Origin: Lama guanicoe
Lineage: Eukaryota
Reading direction: 5' to 3'
NCBI GenBank assembly: GCA_013239625.1
Contig: MU053645.1
Location: 1,852,274 to 1,916,273, forward strand
Length of the DNA stretch: 64,000 nucleotides
The notes below the pieces were generated by a model, which was not told where the DNA came from, did not search any database, and saw nothing but the letters and a program-made list of their open reading frames with translations. Both the position numbers and the translations under genes were made by a program. Shown here piece by piece: positions 50,500 through 64,000 of the stretch (the stretch's first letter is position 1; every line of letters begins with the position of its first letter).

Positions 50500-50853
50500 C
50501 CATGCCTAGAATACTTCTTCCTCAGATAGCTTCATGTTCCATTCTCTTATTTCATTCAGATATTTGCTCACAGATAACTTCGCTAACTATCCCACCTAAA
50601 ATACTATCCCCTCTTCCAATACCTTCTATATTCAAACCCTGTTTTATTTTTTTTTCTGTAGCATTTATCACTACTTAATATTATATTACATATTTTATAT
50701 ATTAACTTTCTTATTATCTGTTTCCCTTCATCCCTAAATGTGAGCTCCACAAGGATGACTATTTGTTTTATTCTATGCTATATTCCCACGACCTAGGAAC
50801 AGTGTCGGGCACATAATAGATTGCTCAGTAAACATCTGTTGAACATATAAATG
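50500..50853 (+). mobile_element. L2 3' end
   Basis: TGTGAGCTCCACAAGG..CCTAGGAACAGTGTCGGGCACATAATAGATTGCTCAGTAAACATCTGTTGAA. Confidence 0.75.
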
Positions 50854-51285
50854 CCTCCAGAACCCTGGAGTGTCTTTTTTGTTGATTATATAAATCATAT
50901 CAGTTTACACTATAATTTTAAATCTGACGAGAATTATTACACTTTTATGTGCTTCTATCACTGATCAGCCTAAGCAGCACCCCATTAAAAATCTTTAGAC
51001 TAGTTAGTTTGTTGCAGATAATGTTTTGTGTTGGTAAAGGTGAAAGTGCCTCATTCAGTGTGTTTTTATTCTGCCATCTAAAGCAGGTGGAAAGCTAACG
51101 TAGACACACTACCACACTGGAATTGGATATAATACTGAAAAAAGGGCTATTGGTTTGCTAGGATTTATAAAGTTTGGAATTTTAAAGAAATGTCCACAGA
51201 ATTCTATATATTCATCATAAATATGGGGCTTCTGTTTTTCCCAAATTGATGTAAGATGTCAAGCCAATAAATAAAAGTCTGAGGA

Positions 51286-51694
51286 TATATTAGTTTGCTC
51301 TGGCTGCCATAACAAAATACCACAGACTGGTGGCTTAAAAAACAGAAATTTATATTCTCACAGTTCTGTAGGCTACAAGCCGAAGATAAAGGTGTCAGCA
51401 GGTTTGGTTTCTCCTGAGGACTTTCCCCTTGGATTTCAAATGACCATCTTCTTGCTGTGTCCTCGTGTGGTCTTTCCTCCGTGTTCATGTATGTCTGGTG
51501 TCTCCTTGTGTGTTTAAATTTCCACTTCTTATCAGGACACAAGTCAGAATGGATTAGGGCCCACTCTAATGGCCTCATTTTAACTTGATCACCTCTTTAA
51601 ATGCCCTGTCTCCAAATATAATCACATTCTGAGGTACCAGAGATTGAAACTTCAACATATGAATTTGGGGAAGGGGAGACAATTTGGCCCATAA
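51286..51694 (-). mobile_element. MaLR solo LTR (MLT1A/B-like)
   Basis: TATATTAGTTTGCT..GCTGCCATAACAAAATACCACAGACTGG..ACTTCAACATATGAATTTGGGG. Confidence 0.82.
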
Positions 51695-52051
51695 GAGAGG
51701 ATTATCATGATAAAGAGAAAGTTAATATGAATCCCTATCATATGTACAGGAAGTCCACCAGAGGAAAGGTTTCCAAGTTGTTTTTTTTAGTTCATTGTGA
51801 AGTGAAATTTACAGAATGGTAAAATTTCACAACTCCACTTCGGTAAGGAAACTTGGGAAGTTTGATATTCATCTGTTTTCACCATATTATAACATCTCTT
51901 GTGTGAATTCGTGGATGATGACTGGATGGATGTCTGTCAAAGATATCTATATAATACTAAAAGCTCAAAATATATGAATATCCTGTTTTACCACAGCATT
52001 TACCCATCTGGAACTTGCTTCACTGTTTCTGTGACCACTGCCTTTAATATA

Positions 52052-52530
52052 AGTGGTATGTAATGTCCCTTTCCCCCAAGAGATGTCAATATCCTGATCC
52101 CTGGAACTTGTCAGCATGTTACCTTACATTCTAATGTAAATAAGTTGAGGGTCTTGAAATGGGAAGATTATCCTGGATCATGAAGATGGGTCCAGTGTAA
52201 GTACAGGGTCCTAAAAAGGGGGAGGCAAGAAGGTCAAATATAGAAGGAAGAGGTGGGTCAATGGAATCAAAGTTTGGAATGATGCAAGGAAAAGACCATG
52301 AGCCAAGGAATGCAGACAGACTCTAGAAGCTCCAAAAAAAAAAAAAAAAAAGGAAATAGATTCACCCTTCACAGCCTCGAGAAGGAACCAGCCTTGCCAA
52401 TATCTTCACTATGGCCCAGTGAGACTAGTTTTGGAGTTTTGACTTCCAGAACACTAAGATAATAAATTCATGTTGTTTTAAGCAATTATATTTGTAGTAA
52501 TTTGTCACAGGAGCAGTAGGAAACTGAGAA
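52052..52530 (+). mobile_element. MaLR solo LTR (MLT1C/D-like)
   Basis: AGATTATCCTGGAT..CCATGAGCCAAGGAATGCAG..CTCTAGAAGCT..GACTTCCAGAAC..GTAATTTGTCACAG. Confidence 0.78.
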
Positions 52531-53344
52531 AAGTGGTCTCTGATTTTAAGCAGTAGAAATATATACTAGAACTTTTCTTTAGAGAACTATGGAGGTGAAT
52601 TGTTCAGAATATTGATATTGAGCACATCACAAAGTCGCTGTCCACCCTGCCCTAACCCTACTGCTTTTGCTCCAAATCATGAGGTTCTAAAACAACAGCT
52701 GATAAGACCTTGCTGGAGTTTAAGGGGATAATTGTTAATTTAGGGAATAGCACCAAGACCTATTTTTCAAGTCTTAAAGATCCCAAGATTGTTTACTGCT
52801 CTGTGAGGAAAGGTGAACTCATAAGTATTATTTTGTGATAATAGTGGCAGATAAAAATAAAGTGGGTGAAAAAAACTCAGCATAGTGCCTACAAGTATAT
52901 GATTACTAAGTACTTTAATATGTTCCCTAATGTCTACTTAATCCTTTGGGGAGTAGCAACAGCCCTTCTTTTCCTAAGTCCTGACTATCCTCTCTATTCT
53001 AAGCAAAACGTATTCGTAATTTTTTAAAAGGTACAGAAAAGCACATATGATATTATCAGAGTTTTTAAAGAGATGCTATAATTGTTACCATCCTTTGAAT
53101 AGCAAACTACAATAACATTTCTCAAACATCTAACTTGTGATATTTCTCCCTGCAAGGATTAATGATGATGAATTATTTCTAACATATAAATATGGTGGTT
53201 GTGGATCTCTGCTACACAGTTTATGAAAGTGATGAGGTTAAAAAAATCTCCACCTTGTGTTTACCATCAAAATCTCCTATTCATTTGCATCTTTCACAAT
53301 GTAACTTGCTAAATGAAAAAGTCTCATAATCAAAATGAACAGAG

Positions 53345-54092
53345 ACTTGAGCAGAAACCACAAAACTCCTAGAGGAGAATATAGGCAGAACACTCATTGA
53401 CATAAATTGTAGCAATTTTTTTTGCATCCATCTCCTAAAGCAAGGAAATAAAAGCAAAAATAAACAAATGGGACCTAATTAAACTTAAAAGCTTTTGAAC
53501 AGTAAAGGAAATCATCAACAAAATGAAAAAACAACCTACTGAATGGGAGAAAATATTTGCAAATGATATGACCAATAAGGGGTTAATAACCAACATATAT
53601 AAACAGCTCATACAACTCAGCATCAAAAAACAACCTGATAAAAAAATGGACAGAAGAACTGAATAGACATTTTTCTAAAGAGGAAATGCAGATGGGCAAC
53701 AGGCACATGAAAAGATGCTCAACATCACTAATCATCAGGGAAATGCAAATCAAAACCACAATGAGATATTACCTCACACCTGGCAGAATGACTATTATCA
53801 AAAGGAACACAAATAAACATTGGCGAGGGTGTGGAGAAATGAGAATCCTTGTACACTGCTGGTGGGAATGTAAATTGGTGCAGTCACTGTGGAAAGCAGT
53901 ATGGAAGTTTCTCAAAAAACTGAAAATAGAACTACCACATGACCCAGTAATTCTATTCTTGGGTATATATCTGCAAAAAACAGAAACACTAATTCAAAAA
54001 GAAACATGCACCCCATGTTCATAGCAGCATTACTTAACAATTGCCAAGAAATGGAAGTAACATAAGTGTCCATCAACAGATAAAAAAGATGT

Positions 54093-54145
<53 letters not shown>

Positions 54146-54410
54146 GAATACTACTCAGCCATAAAAAAGAGAATGAAAATTTGCCATTTGCAGCAACATG
54201 GATGGACCTTGAGGGTATTACGCTAAGTGAAATAAGTCAGACAGAGGAAAACAAATACTGTATGATATCACTTATCTTACACGTGGAATCTAAGAAAAAG
54301 TAAAGCAATCTAGTGAATATCACAAAAAAGAAGCAGACTCAGAGTTATAGAGAACAAACTAGTGGTTACCGGTGGGAAGAGGGAAGAGGGGAGGGGCAAT
54401 ATAGGGGTCA
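53345..54410 (+). mobile_element. LINE-1 ORF2 C-terminus and 3'UTR with (CA)n at 54094-54143
   Basis: ORF 53686-54024 [35 protein letters not shown] 54091-54303 PFAATWMDLEGITLSEISQ. Confidence 0.9.
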
Positions 54411-55430
54411 AATCAAGGAAGACATAATAATCCTTAATGTGTATGCCCCCCTAACAAAAGAATGTCAAAATATGGGAGGCAAAAACTAATAGAACTGTGA
54501 GAAGAAATAGATGAATCAACTATGATAGGAACTTCAACACCCCTCTAACAGTAACTGACAGATCCAGCAGGCATAAAGGACGTAATTGAACTGAACAGCA
54601 CTATCAATCAATTGGATGTAACTGACATCTATAGAATACCTCACCCAACAACAGCAGAATATAGATTCTTTTCCAACTCACATGGAACACATCACCATGG
54701 ACCAATTTGGGGCCATAGAATACTCCTGAAAAAATTTAAAAGCATAGAAATCATACAGTGCATGCCCTCTGACCACAATAAAACAAAACTAGAAGTCAAT
54801 AATAGAAAAAAATGAGCTGAAAACTCTTCAAATATTGGGAGATTAAAGAACACACTTGTAAATACACATAGGTCAAAGAACTCCCAAGAGAAATTTAGAA
54901 CAATATTTTAAAATAAATCAAAATGAAAAACCAACTTTCAAAATTTGTGGGATGCAACAAAAAAGCAATGATTAAGGGGAAATTTATAGATTTTTAAAGT
55001 ATATATTAAAAAAGATAAAAGATCTAACATCAATAATCTAAACTTCCACCTTATAAAACTAGGACAAGAAGAGCATATTAAATCCAAATTGAGCAGAAGA
55101 ATGAAATTAATAAAAATTAGAGCAGACCTCAGTGAAATTGAAAGTAGGAAATCAATAGAGAAAATCAATTAAGCTCAAAGGTAGTTCTTTGAAAATATTA
55201 GTAAATTTGATAAGCATCTACTCTGGCTAACCAAGAAAAAAAGAGCAGACACAAATTATTAATATCAGAAATGAAAGATTCCAACACTACTGAACTCATG
55301 GACAATAAAAGGATAATAAAGGAATATTATGAATAAGGCTAATATAACAAAATATGAACAAGATGTATATGAGGAAAACTACAAAACATTGATGAAAGAA
55401 ATTAAAGATCAAAATAAATGGAGAGACATT
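54411..55430 (+). mobile_element. Old LINE-1 endonuclease-region fragment
   Basis: ORF 54612-54815 TDIYRIPHPTTAEYRFFS..SDHN. Confidence 0.82.
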
Positions 55431-55955
55431 ACATTAACCCTTACATTCCTAACTAGCCTCCATTAGGACTTCATCAACAGGTTTCTGCTTTACAATACTA
55501 GGTAAGGTAAGTGTTCCCCAGCCAGACATAATTTCCATTCCCAGAAAACATTCAGGTAAAATTCCAACTTTCATAATCCAATTAACTCTTACACTTTTAT
55601 GCTCTCTCAGTTGCACTGTAGCTCAAGTTAGGACTTCACCAATGGACTTAGGTACCATGGTTCGTGGAACTCCTGTATCAAGGAGTCTGGCAAACTTTTC
55701 TCTCCCCCTATTTTACCCACTCTTGTTCAAAATCTTTGGATCCTCAGCGAGGATTAGAGCCAAGGGACTCCATAAGCCTTATATATAAAGTCATATATAA
55801 GACTTACATAAAGTCAATAAATAAAGTCTTATATATGACTTACATAAAGTCTTATAGATGTCTTAAATCTTATATAAGATTTGTCCATCCTATATTGATT
55901 AAATGGCTTGCCCATTGTCCTAAGTGATTGGTCAGATTTCTCACTGTAATTTCTG

Positions 55956-58091
55956 TTTTATTATTATTGAAGTACAGTCAGTTACAATGTGTCAATTTCT
56001 GGTGTACAGCACAATGTCCCAGTCGTGCATATATTTACATATATTCATTTTTATATTCTTTTTCATTAAAGGTTATTATGAGATATTGAACACAGTTCCC
56101 TGTGCTATATAGAAGAAGCAAAGAAATATTTTAAAATCTATTTTTATATATAGTGGCTAACATTTGTAAATCTCAAACTCCCAAATTTATCCCTTCCCAC
56201 ACCCTTTCACCAGTAACCATAAGACTGTTTACTATGTCTGCGAGTCTGTTTCTGTTTTGTAGATGAGTTCATAATGTCCTTTTTTTCTTTTTTAGATTAC
56301 ACATGTAAGTGATATCATACGGTATTTTTCTTTCTCTTTCTGGCTTACTTCACTTAGAATGACGATCTCTAGGTCCATGCATGTTGCTACAAATGGCATT
56401 GTTTTATTCTTTTTTATGGCTGAGTAGTATTCCATTGTATAAATGTACCATGACTTCTTTATCCAGTCATCTGTCGATGGACATTTAGGTTGTTTCCATG
56501 TCTTGGCTATTCCATATAGTGCTGCTATGAACATTGGGGTGCATGTATCTTTTACAAGTTAGAGTTTCCTCCAGATAAATGTCCAGTAGTGGGATTGCTG
56601 GATCACGTGGTAGGTCTATTTTTAGTTTTTTTGAGGACTCTCCATACTGTTTTCCATAATGGCTGCACCAAACTACATTCCCACCAGCAGTGTAGGAGGG
56701 TTCCCTTTTCTCCTCCACACCCTTTCCAGCATTTTCTGTTCACGGACTTTGGAATGATGGCCATTCTGACTGGTGTGAGGTGATACCTCATTGTTGTTTT
56801 GATTTGCATTTCTCTGATAATTAGCGATACTGAGCATTTTTCATGTGCCTATTGGCCATTTGTATGTCTTCATTGGAGAATTGCTTGTTTAGGTCATCTG
56901 CCCATTTCTGGATTGGATTGTTTCTTTTTGGTATTAAGTTGGATGAGCTGTCCTAGCACAGCAATCAAGCAAGAAAAAGAAATAAAAGGGATCCAAATTG
57001 GAAGAGAAGAGGTAAAATTGTCACTATATGCAGATGACATGATACTATATGTAGAAAGCCCTAAAAGCTCCACACAAAAACTACTAGAGCTGATAAAAGA
57101 ATTCAGCAAGGTAGCAGGATACAATATTGACATACAAAAACCAGTTGCTTTTCCTTACACTAACAATGAATTAGCAGGAAAAACCAAAGTAAAGAAACAA
57201 TTCCTTTTAAAATTGCACCCAAAACAATAAAACATTTAGGAATAAATCTGACCAAGGAGGTGAAAGACTTATAAATGGAGAACTACAAAACACTGATTAA
57301 GGAAATTAAAGATAACTTAAAGAAATGGAAAGATACCCCATGCTCCTGGATTGAAAGAATCAGTATCATTAAAATGGCCATACTGCCCAAGGCAATCTAC
57401 AGAATTAATGTGATCCCTATCAAATTACCCAAGACATTTTTTTAACAGAACTAGAACAAACAATCTTAAAATTTATATGGAATCACAGAAGGCCCAGAAT
57501 TGCCAAAGCATTATTGAAGAAAAAGAATGAGCTGGAGGAATAACCCTCTCAGACTTCAGACAATACTACAGAGCTACAGTAATCAAAACAGCATGGTATT
57601 GGCATAAAAACAGACATATGGATCAATGGAACAGAATAGAGAGGCCAGCAATACATCCACAGACCTATGGTCAATTAATCTTCGACAAAGGAGGCAAGAA
57701 TATACAATGGAGAAAAGACAGTCTCTTCAGCAAGTGGTTTTGGGAAAACTGTAAGCAGCATGTGAATTAATGAAGTCAGAACACTCCCTCACTCCATACA
57801 CAAAAATAAACTCCAAATGGCTTAAAGACTTAAATATTAAGACAAGAAACGATAATTCTCCCAGAAGAAAACATAGGCAAAACATTGTCTGATGTAAATC
57901 TTAGCAATGTTCTCCTAGGGTGGTCTACCCAGGCAATAGAAATAAGAGCAAAAATAAACAAATGGGGCCTAATTAAACTTGCAAGCTTTTGTACAGCAAA
58001 GGAAGCCATAAGCAAAACAAAACAACAACCTACGGAATGGGAGAAAATATTTGCACATGAGACGACTGACAAAGGCTTAATTTCCAGAATA
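55956..58091 (-). mobile_element. Young LINE-1 with twin-priming inversion
   Basis: Antisense 3' part 55956-~56950 fused to sense ORF2 ~56951-58091 ([12 protein letters not shown]); TSD TAATTTCTG (55947-55955 / 58092-58100). Confidence 0.88.
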
Positions 58092-58109
58092 TAATTTCTG
58101 CTTTTTGGC

Positions 58110-59945
58110 CTTCAAAATTTCTCCAAACTGTGGTCAAATAGAGCTGACTTATTTGGGGCCCTTTAATGTTGGGGGACCACCAGATCCTTTTGTGCCACCC
58201 AACCTTTGGTAGTGCTGAGTTAAAATCTTTGTTTTAACCCCACCAATATCTATTTTATTTACTCCATTTCTTAATTACCATCTAAAGATTTCCATCCTGC
58301 TGGGACAAGTCCCATGACTCTCCCCTTTCTTTTATTCCACTGCTATCAATATTTGTTTTATTCATCTTATTCCTTAATAATTGTTTAAAAATTTCTACCT
58401 TGCTAAAACCATTCTCGATTATTTCTTCTGCCTTTCCCCATTCTCTTGTTAATAACCTAATATTTTTATTAGCATATGTAAGACCTATGAGGAGCAGCCG
58501 AGACAGCAAATTTGATAAGGCTTCTTGAACTGTCCCTCGGTTTTGCAGCAGTAAGGCTATAATGGGGTGTCCATGTAAAAGGAGCCCTTTAACCACGGCA
58601 TTTACCAGGAGCTGGGTAACAAGCATACACACTGGGTGAATATGCTAGTCATCATAAAGCCGGTCCCACATGGCTTGCGTTCAAAGCACGTCAGCTGCTC
58701 CATCTATAGTGTTGCGCTTGGCATTCATAAGGGAAGATGGGCAGTCCCCTTCTCAGGATAAATTGATCTCCCAGTGGTTTTTATGCTTTTCACCAGGCTA
58801 GTTGTTCCTTAAGGAATAACCAACCTCCTGTGTGTCTGGATCACATAAAACCATCTGTGATTGTTCTATAGCGACCTGTGGATCCTGTATCAATTCAAAC
58901 ATGCTCTTCCGTTCTGAAGCATTCAAAACCAAAGACACAGCTGCTAAATTAGTCACTCTCACAATCCATTTCAGTAAAGGTTCCTCAGCAAACTGATGAT
59001 ACGGATCTACAAAATAAAACAACTCCTTCACACTATGCTCTCTGGTTTAAATAGTTTCCCACTTCTGCCTTCCCCATACAATGACTACCTTCTTAATGAC
59101 CAGAGATCTTGGAGGTACCCCTGCATAATTTTTACCTTGGGGTGGGGCAACTTTGAGGCTAGTGGCTGGCTGAAGCTCAGATTCACTGAAATCTGAGCTT
59201 GGTCTAGCATCAGGGTCTGGTCCAGCACTCTCTTCTACTTTCAGATTAACTATTAACAGATAACAATTACCAAGGGATTGCATATCTTATCTTTTCCTTA
59301 TTATTCTGCATTCCCTTATGCATCCAGTCACATAAGTCCTCAGGAGTTGGATATGATAAAATTAAATTTATATTTTACGGGAAGACAAGAAAAATTTAAA
59401 TGTAAAATTTTTCTCTGCCTGTTTGGGCCTCCTTCCTCTCCTTTAGTGTTCATTATGTATCTGCATTAACTAGACCTCCCGAGGAGATAACATTCCTTCT
59501 TAATCTTGTAAGAGCTCATGATGACCCACTACTCACTTTGCATACGCAGATCTGGATTGTGTAAACTGTCAATACATCACTTGATGTACAATCCTTTTTC
59601 TCAATAACGTATCTAACTGTGCTTTGACCTCTAACAGGTGGGAGAGTCTTCAGAGCTTTCTGAAAGACTGCCTCCCTGGTTATAATCCTCAGGTCAGCTT
59701 GAATAAAATTTTCTTTTTTTTCTTAGATTGTATTAATTAACTTTTTGTTGACAGATCCATCCCTAAATTCCATTGGTAACGTTAACCCTTAGTAACTGAT
59801 TATAGCATAGCTGTTGTCCCATACCACAGATGACTATGAATCAGAGGTTCCTCATCCCCTACCCTTTCATCCTTTCTCTTCCCAAACCACATGTTTATGT
59901 GAGCCAGGGCTGTTCTAGCAAGTCTCCCTTCTCTGACACCAACTA
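58110..59945 (-). mobile_element. ERVL-like (class III) internal region with gag remnant
   Basis: Minus-strand ORF 58798-59031 KELFYFVDPYHQFAEEPLLKWIVRV resembles the ERV-L gag KEL..F...Y.Q..GE...EWILRV block. A Leu-PBS-like TGGTGTCAGA lies at 59941-59932 next to the LTR. Confidence 0.6.
59354..59753 (+). mobile_element. Solo LTR nested in the ERVL-like internal region
   Basis: TG..GTTGACA termini, AATAAA at 59702, near-TSD GATA/GATC. Confidence 0.55.
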
Positions 59946-59959
59946 AAGTGGTTCTGAAC

Positions 59960-61001
59960 CCAATTTCAATGTGTGTGTATCGGGGCGGGGGGGGTTCCCA
60001 CACGTATAAGCAATTCTCAAATGCCAGCAGGGTGTCCTACAATTTCAACTTAATTCTGACACTATCTACCCAGAGAGAGCATCAGATTCCACAGGTAGGG
60101 GCTCAGCCCCACAAGACTGTCTTCCGTGTCAGATGTCAATCTCAAGCTCAGGTTGTTACTTGTGCTTCTGACCGACCAGCTACAAACTGGAGGTTTCCAT
60201 GACCCCCTCCTTGGACTTCAGATGCCAACTGCAAATCTAGGTTGTTACCTGTACTTATGACAAACTGGCTATAAATTAGAGGTTCCTATGGTCTCCTTGG
60301 AGTCAAGTAATTTGCTAGAGTGGCTTACAGAATTCAGAAAAACATTTTACCTACTAGATTTACTGGTTTATTATCAAAGGATATAACTCAGAAATAGTCA
60401 GATGGAAGAGATGCATAGAGCAAGGCATAGGGAATGGGGGCAGAACTTCTATGCTCTCTCCAAGCGCTCCATTCTCCCAGAATCTACATGTGTTCACCAA
60501 CTCAGAAGCTCTCCAAACCCCACCCTTTTGCGTGTTTATGGAGGCCTCACTACAAAGGTATGATTGATTAAATCGTTGGCCACTGGTGATTGATTCAACT
60601 TCCATCCCCTCTCCCCTCCCAGGAGGTAATGGGGATGGGTGTTGGACTAAATATTCCAACCTTCTAATCACATTGTTTGTTCCCCTGGCAACAGGACACC
60701 ATCTTTGGTACTTTCTAAAAGTCACCTTATTAACCTAAACCCAGTTGTGGTGGAAAAGGGCTTGTTATGAGTAACAAAACACCCATTTCACCATAATGGT
60801 TCTGAAGTGGATTTCCGGAACTGAAGACAGGAGATCAAATATTGTGACAAAAGGTGCTCCCATTGCTCTTATCATTCAGGGAAGTTCATGGGTTTTGGGA
60901 GCTGTGAGTCAGGAACTGTGGACAAAGACCACAAATATATGAAAAATACATTTTGGTTATCTGAATGACCAATTATATTTCTTATAAATCACAGCATCAC
61001 A
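59960..61001 (-). mobile_element. MER21-like LTR
   Basis: Minus strand begins TGTGATGCTGTGATTTATAAGAAATATA; internal AATTCTGACACTATCTACC..GCATCAGATTCCACAGG and a duplicated GGTTGTTAC..TGTGCTTCTGAC unit typical of MER21. Confidence 0.75.
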
Positions 61002-62440
61002 CAAAGCTTACTACAATAACTACAACAATCTAAACAATATGGTACTGGCATAAAGATAGACATATAAACCAGTGAAACAGAATAGAGTCCAGAAATAAAC
61101 CTTTGCATATGCGGCCAAATGATTTTTGACAAGGGTACCAAGGCCATTCAGTGGGGAATGGACATTCTTTTCAAGAAATGGTGTTGGGAAAACTGGATAT
61201 CCAGATGCAAAAGAATGGATTTGGACCTCTACCTTATACCATATACTAAAATTCACTCAGAATGGATCAATGACAAACTTTAAAAAAGATAAATTGGACT
61301 TTGTCAAAATCAAAAACTTTGTGCATCAAAAGACTCTTTCAAGACGGTGAAAAGGCAAGCCATAGAATGGAAGAAAATATTTGCAAATCATATATATAAT
61401 AAGGAGTTAGTATCAAGAATATATAAAGAACTCCTAAAACTCAACAACAACAACAAAGACCAAATAATCCTATTTTTAAGGATTTATTTTTAAGGGCAAA
61501 TGCTTCAAATAGATTTTTTTTTCAAAGAAGAGATATAAATTGCCACTAAGTCCATGAAAAGATGAACAACATCACTGGTCATTAGGGAAATACAAAGCAA
61601 AACCACGAGATACCACTCCACACACATTAATATGGGTATTATCAAAACAAAGAAAATAACAAATGCTGGCATGGATATGGAGAAATTTGTGTCCGTGTGC
61701 TCTGCTGGTAGGAATGTAAAATGGTGCAGCCACTGTGGAAAATAGTATGGCAGTTCCTTTAAAAAAATTCAACACAAAATTGTCATACGATGTAACAATT
61801 CCACTTCTAGTTATATACCCCAAATAACTGAAAGCAAGGACTTGAACAGATATTTGTACAACTAATGTTCTTAGCAGAATTATTCATAATAGCCAAAAAG
61901 TGGAAACAACCAAAATGTCTATTGACAGGTGAAAGGATAAACCGAAACAACAGTGAAATACTATTATCTTAAAAAGAAATAAAATTGTGATACGTGCTAC
62001 AAGGATGAACTTTGAAAATATTATGCTATATTAAACAGCCAGACACAAAATAACAAATATTGTATGATTTCACTTATATATCTAGAGTTGTCACATTTGT
62101 AGAGATAGAAAATAGAATAGTGCTCATAAGGGCCTGACCAGAGTAGATAGTGAGTAGTGGGAAGTTACTGTTTAATTTTATGGCAAATTTTATGTTATGT
62201 ATATTTTACCACAATTAAAAAAAATGCAAAGGGTGAACCCTAATAAATACTAGAGACTTTAGTTAATAACAACCTATCAATATTCATATGTCAATTGTAA
62301 CAAGTGTATTACGCTAATGCAAGATGCTAATAATATGGAAAACTGTGGAGGGGTGTGGGAAGGGAGTGGTGGGGAGAAAGAAGTAGTACAGAGGAACTCT
62401 CCATACTTTCTGTTCTAAAACATATTAAAGTCAAGTAATT
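61002..62440 (+). mobile_element. Old LINE-1 ORF2 end and 3'UTR pieces
   Basis: TGGTACTGGCATAAAGATAGAC..ATATTTGCAAATCAT..AATGGTGCAGCCACTGTGGAAAA. Confidence 0.82.
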
Positions 62441-62503
62441 TTTTAAATGCCAGTATTATTGCATTTTTGGCTGGTTATTCCTTGTTTTTTCCAGTGTATT
62501 TTA

Positions 62504-63616
62504 TTCATTCATTAATTTTTATTATAGTTGATATACAATATTATGTTAGTGTTGGATAACTACAACATAGTTATCCAACAATCAAATACTTTATGAAATG
62601 ATCACAAGTCCAGTAACTACCTGTCACCATACAAAATTATTACAGTATTATTGACTATATTCCTAATGATGTATATTACAGCCTCATGACATTTATTTTA
62701 TAACTGGAAGTTTGTATCTCTTAATCCTCTTCACCTATTTCTCCCGATATCCTGCCCTTTCCCCTCTGGCAATCACAAGTTTGCTCTCTGTATGTGTAAG
62801 TCTGTTTCCATTTTGTTTTGTTTTTTAGATTCCATATATAAGTGAGCTCATACAGTACTTGTCTTTCTTTGTCTGACTTATTTCACTTAGCAAACCATCA
62901 ACAAAATGAAAAGACAACCTACCAAATGGAAGCAAATAGTTGCAAATGATATTTCTGATAAGGGGTTAATATCCAAATTATAAAGAAATCACACAACTCA
63001 ATATTAAAAAATCCAAATAGAATATGGGAAGAGAACCCGAACAGACATTTCTCCAAAGAAGACACAATGATGGCCAACAGACACATGAAAAGATGCTCAA
63101 CATCACTAACAGGGAAATGCAAATTGAAACCACATTGAGATATTACCTGACACCTGTTAGAATGGCTATTATCAAAAAGGCAAGAAGTAAGGTGTTGGCG
63201 AGGATGTGGAGAAGAGGGGATCTTCATGTACTGTTGGTGGGAATGTAAATTGGTGCAGCCACTATGGAAAATATATGGAGTTTCCTCAAAAAATTAAAAA
63301 CAGAACTACCACACGATCCAGCAATTCCACTCCTGAGTATTTACCTGAAGAAAACAAAAACATTAATTTGAAAAGATATATGCAACCCTATGTTCACTGA
63401 AGCATTATTTACAAGAACTATGATGTGGAAGCAACTGACATGTCCATTAATAGACCGACCAATGGATAAAGAAGACACACACACACACACGCACACACAC
63501 ACGGAGTATTACTCAGCCATAAAAAGAAAGAAATTGTGCCATCTGTGACAACATGGATGGACCTAGATGGCATTATGCTAAGTGAAATTAAGTCAAATAG
63601 AGAAAAACAAATTTAT
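62504..63616 (-). mobile_element. LINE-1 3' fragment with inversion
   Basis: Antisense 3'UTR to ~62891, then sense ORF2 end; near-TSD AGTGTATTTTA (62493) / AGTGTGTTTTA (63617). Confidence 0.72.
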
Positions 63617-64000
63617 AGTGTGTTTTAAAACCCAAATGCATAAAACTGTAATTATAAATCTGTTAATAGACATGATGTATAAAATCTAATTTGTGACAAT
63701 AACAACATAAAGAGGGAAATGGAGTTGTAAATTGGGCAGTTTTGTATACTTTTGAAACTAGGTTGATATTAATTCAAACTTGGGTATAATATACTTAAGA
63801 TATTAATTATATAAAAAATATTATGATCTACAGAGTAGCCACCAAGAAAGAAAGAAGTGAATCAAAATGGTACACTAGAGAAAGTGCCAAATTGTTTTGT
63901 ATGTTGGCTGTACCTTTTTACATTTCCACCATCAATGTACAAGGATTCCAATTTTTCTACATCCTTGCCAACACTTGCTATTATGTTTTTAAGGAATTAT

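Noticed and set aside
56799..57230. 143-aa ORF containing YADD as a possible active reverse transcriptase
   Set aside because: Chimeric frame across the inversion junction of a truncated L1; downstream ORF2 is frameshifted.
1..64000. Apparent excess of plus-strand (antisense to GPRASP1) L1/ERV sequence suggesting intronic selection
   Set aside because: Several minus-strand L1s are also present, and the number of independent insertions is too small to call a bias.

Overview
Mammalian genomic DNA, very probably camelid (a tRNA-Ala-derived Vic-1-type SINE is present) and from the X-linked ARMCX/GPRASP cluster. It holds one real protein-coding gene: intronless GPRASP1 on the minus strand (41655..37519, 1378 aa). 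The gene has a CpG-island promoter (~43.4-44.9 kb), candidate non-coding 5' exons and a poly(A) signal at 37202. A second, unexplained promoter-like CpG island lies ~1.2 kb past its 3' end. Most of the remainder is decayed LINE-1, LTR/ERV, MaLR and L2 sequence, and nearly all short ORFs are repeat debris or GC-rich shadows. The most unusual structure is a 9.1-kb insertion (10506-19641) with LINE-1 TPRT hallmarks (13-bp target-site duplication, A-rich tail). Its cargo is an L1 fragment fused to an almost complete LTR-internal-LTR retroviral element that ends exactly at the 3' LTR poly(A) site. It looks like a retrotransposed L1-ERV read-through transcript, with further elements nested inside it. 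Repeat family names come from recalled consensus sequences, not a database search. Repeat boundaries without a stated TSD are approximate.
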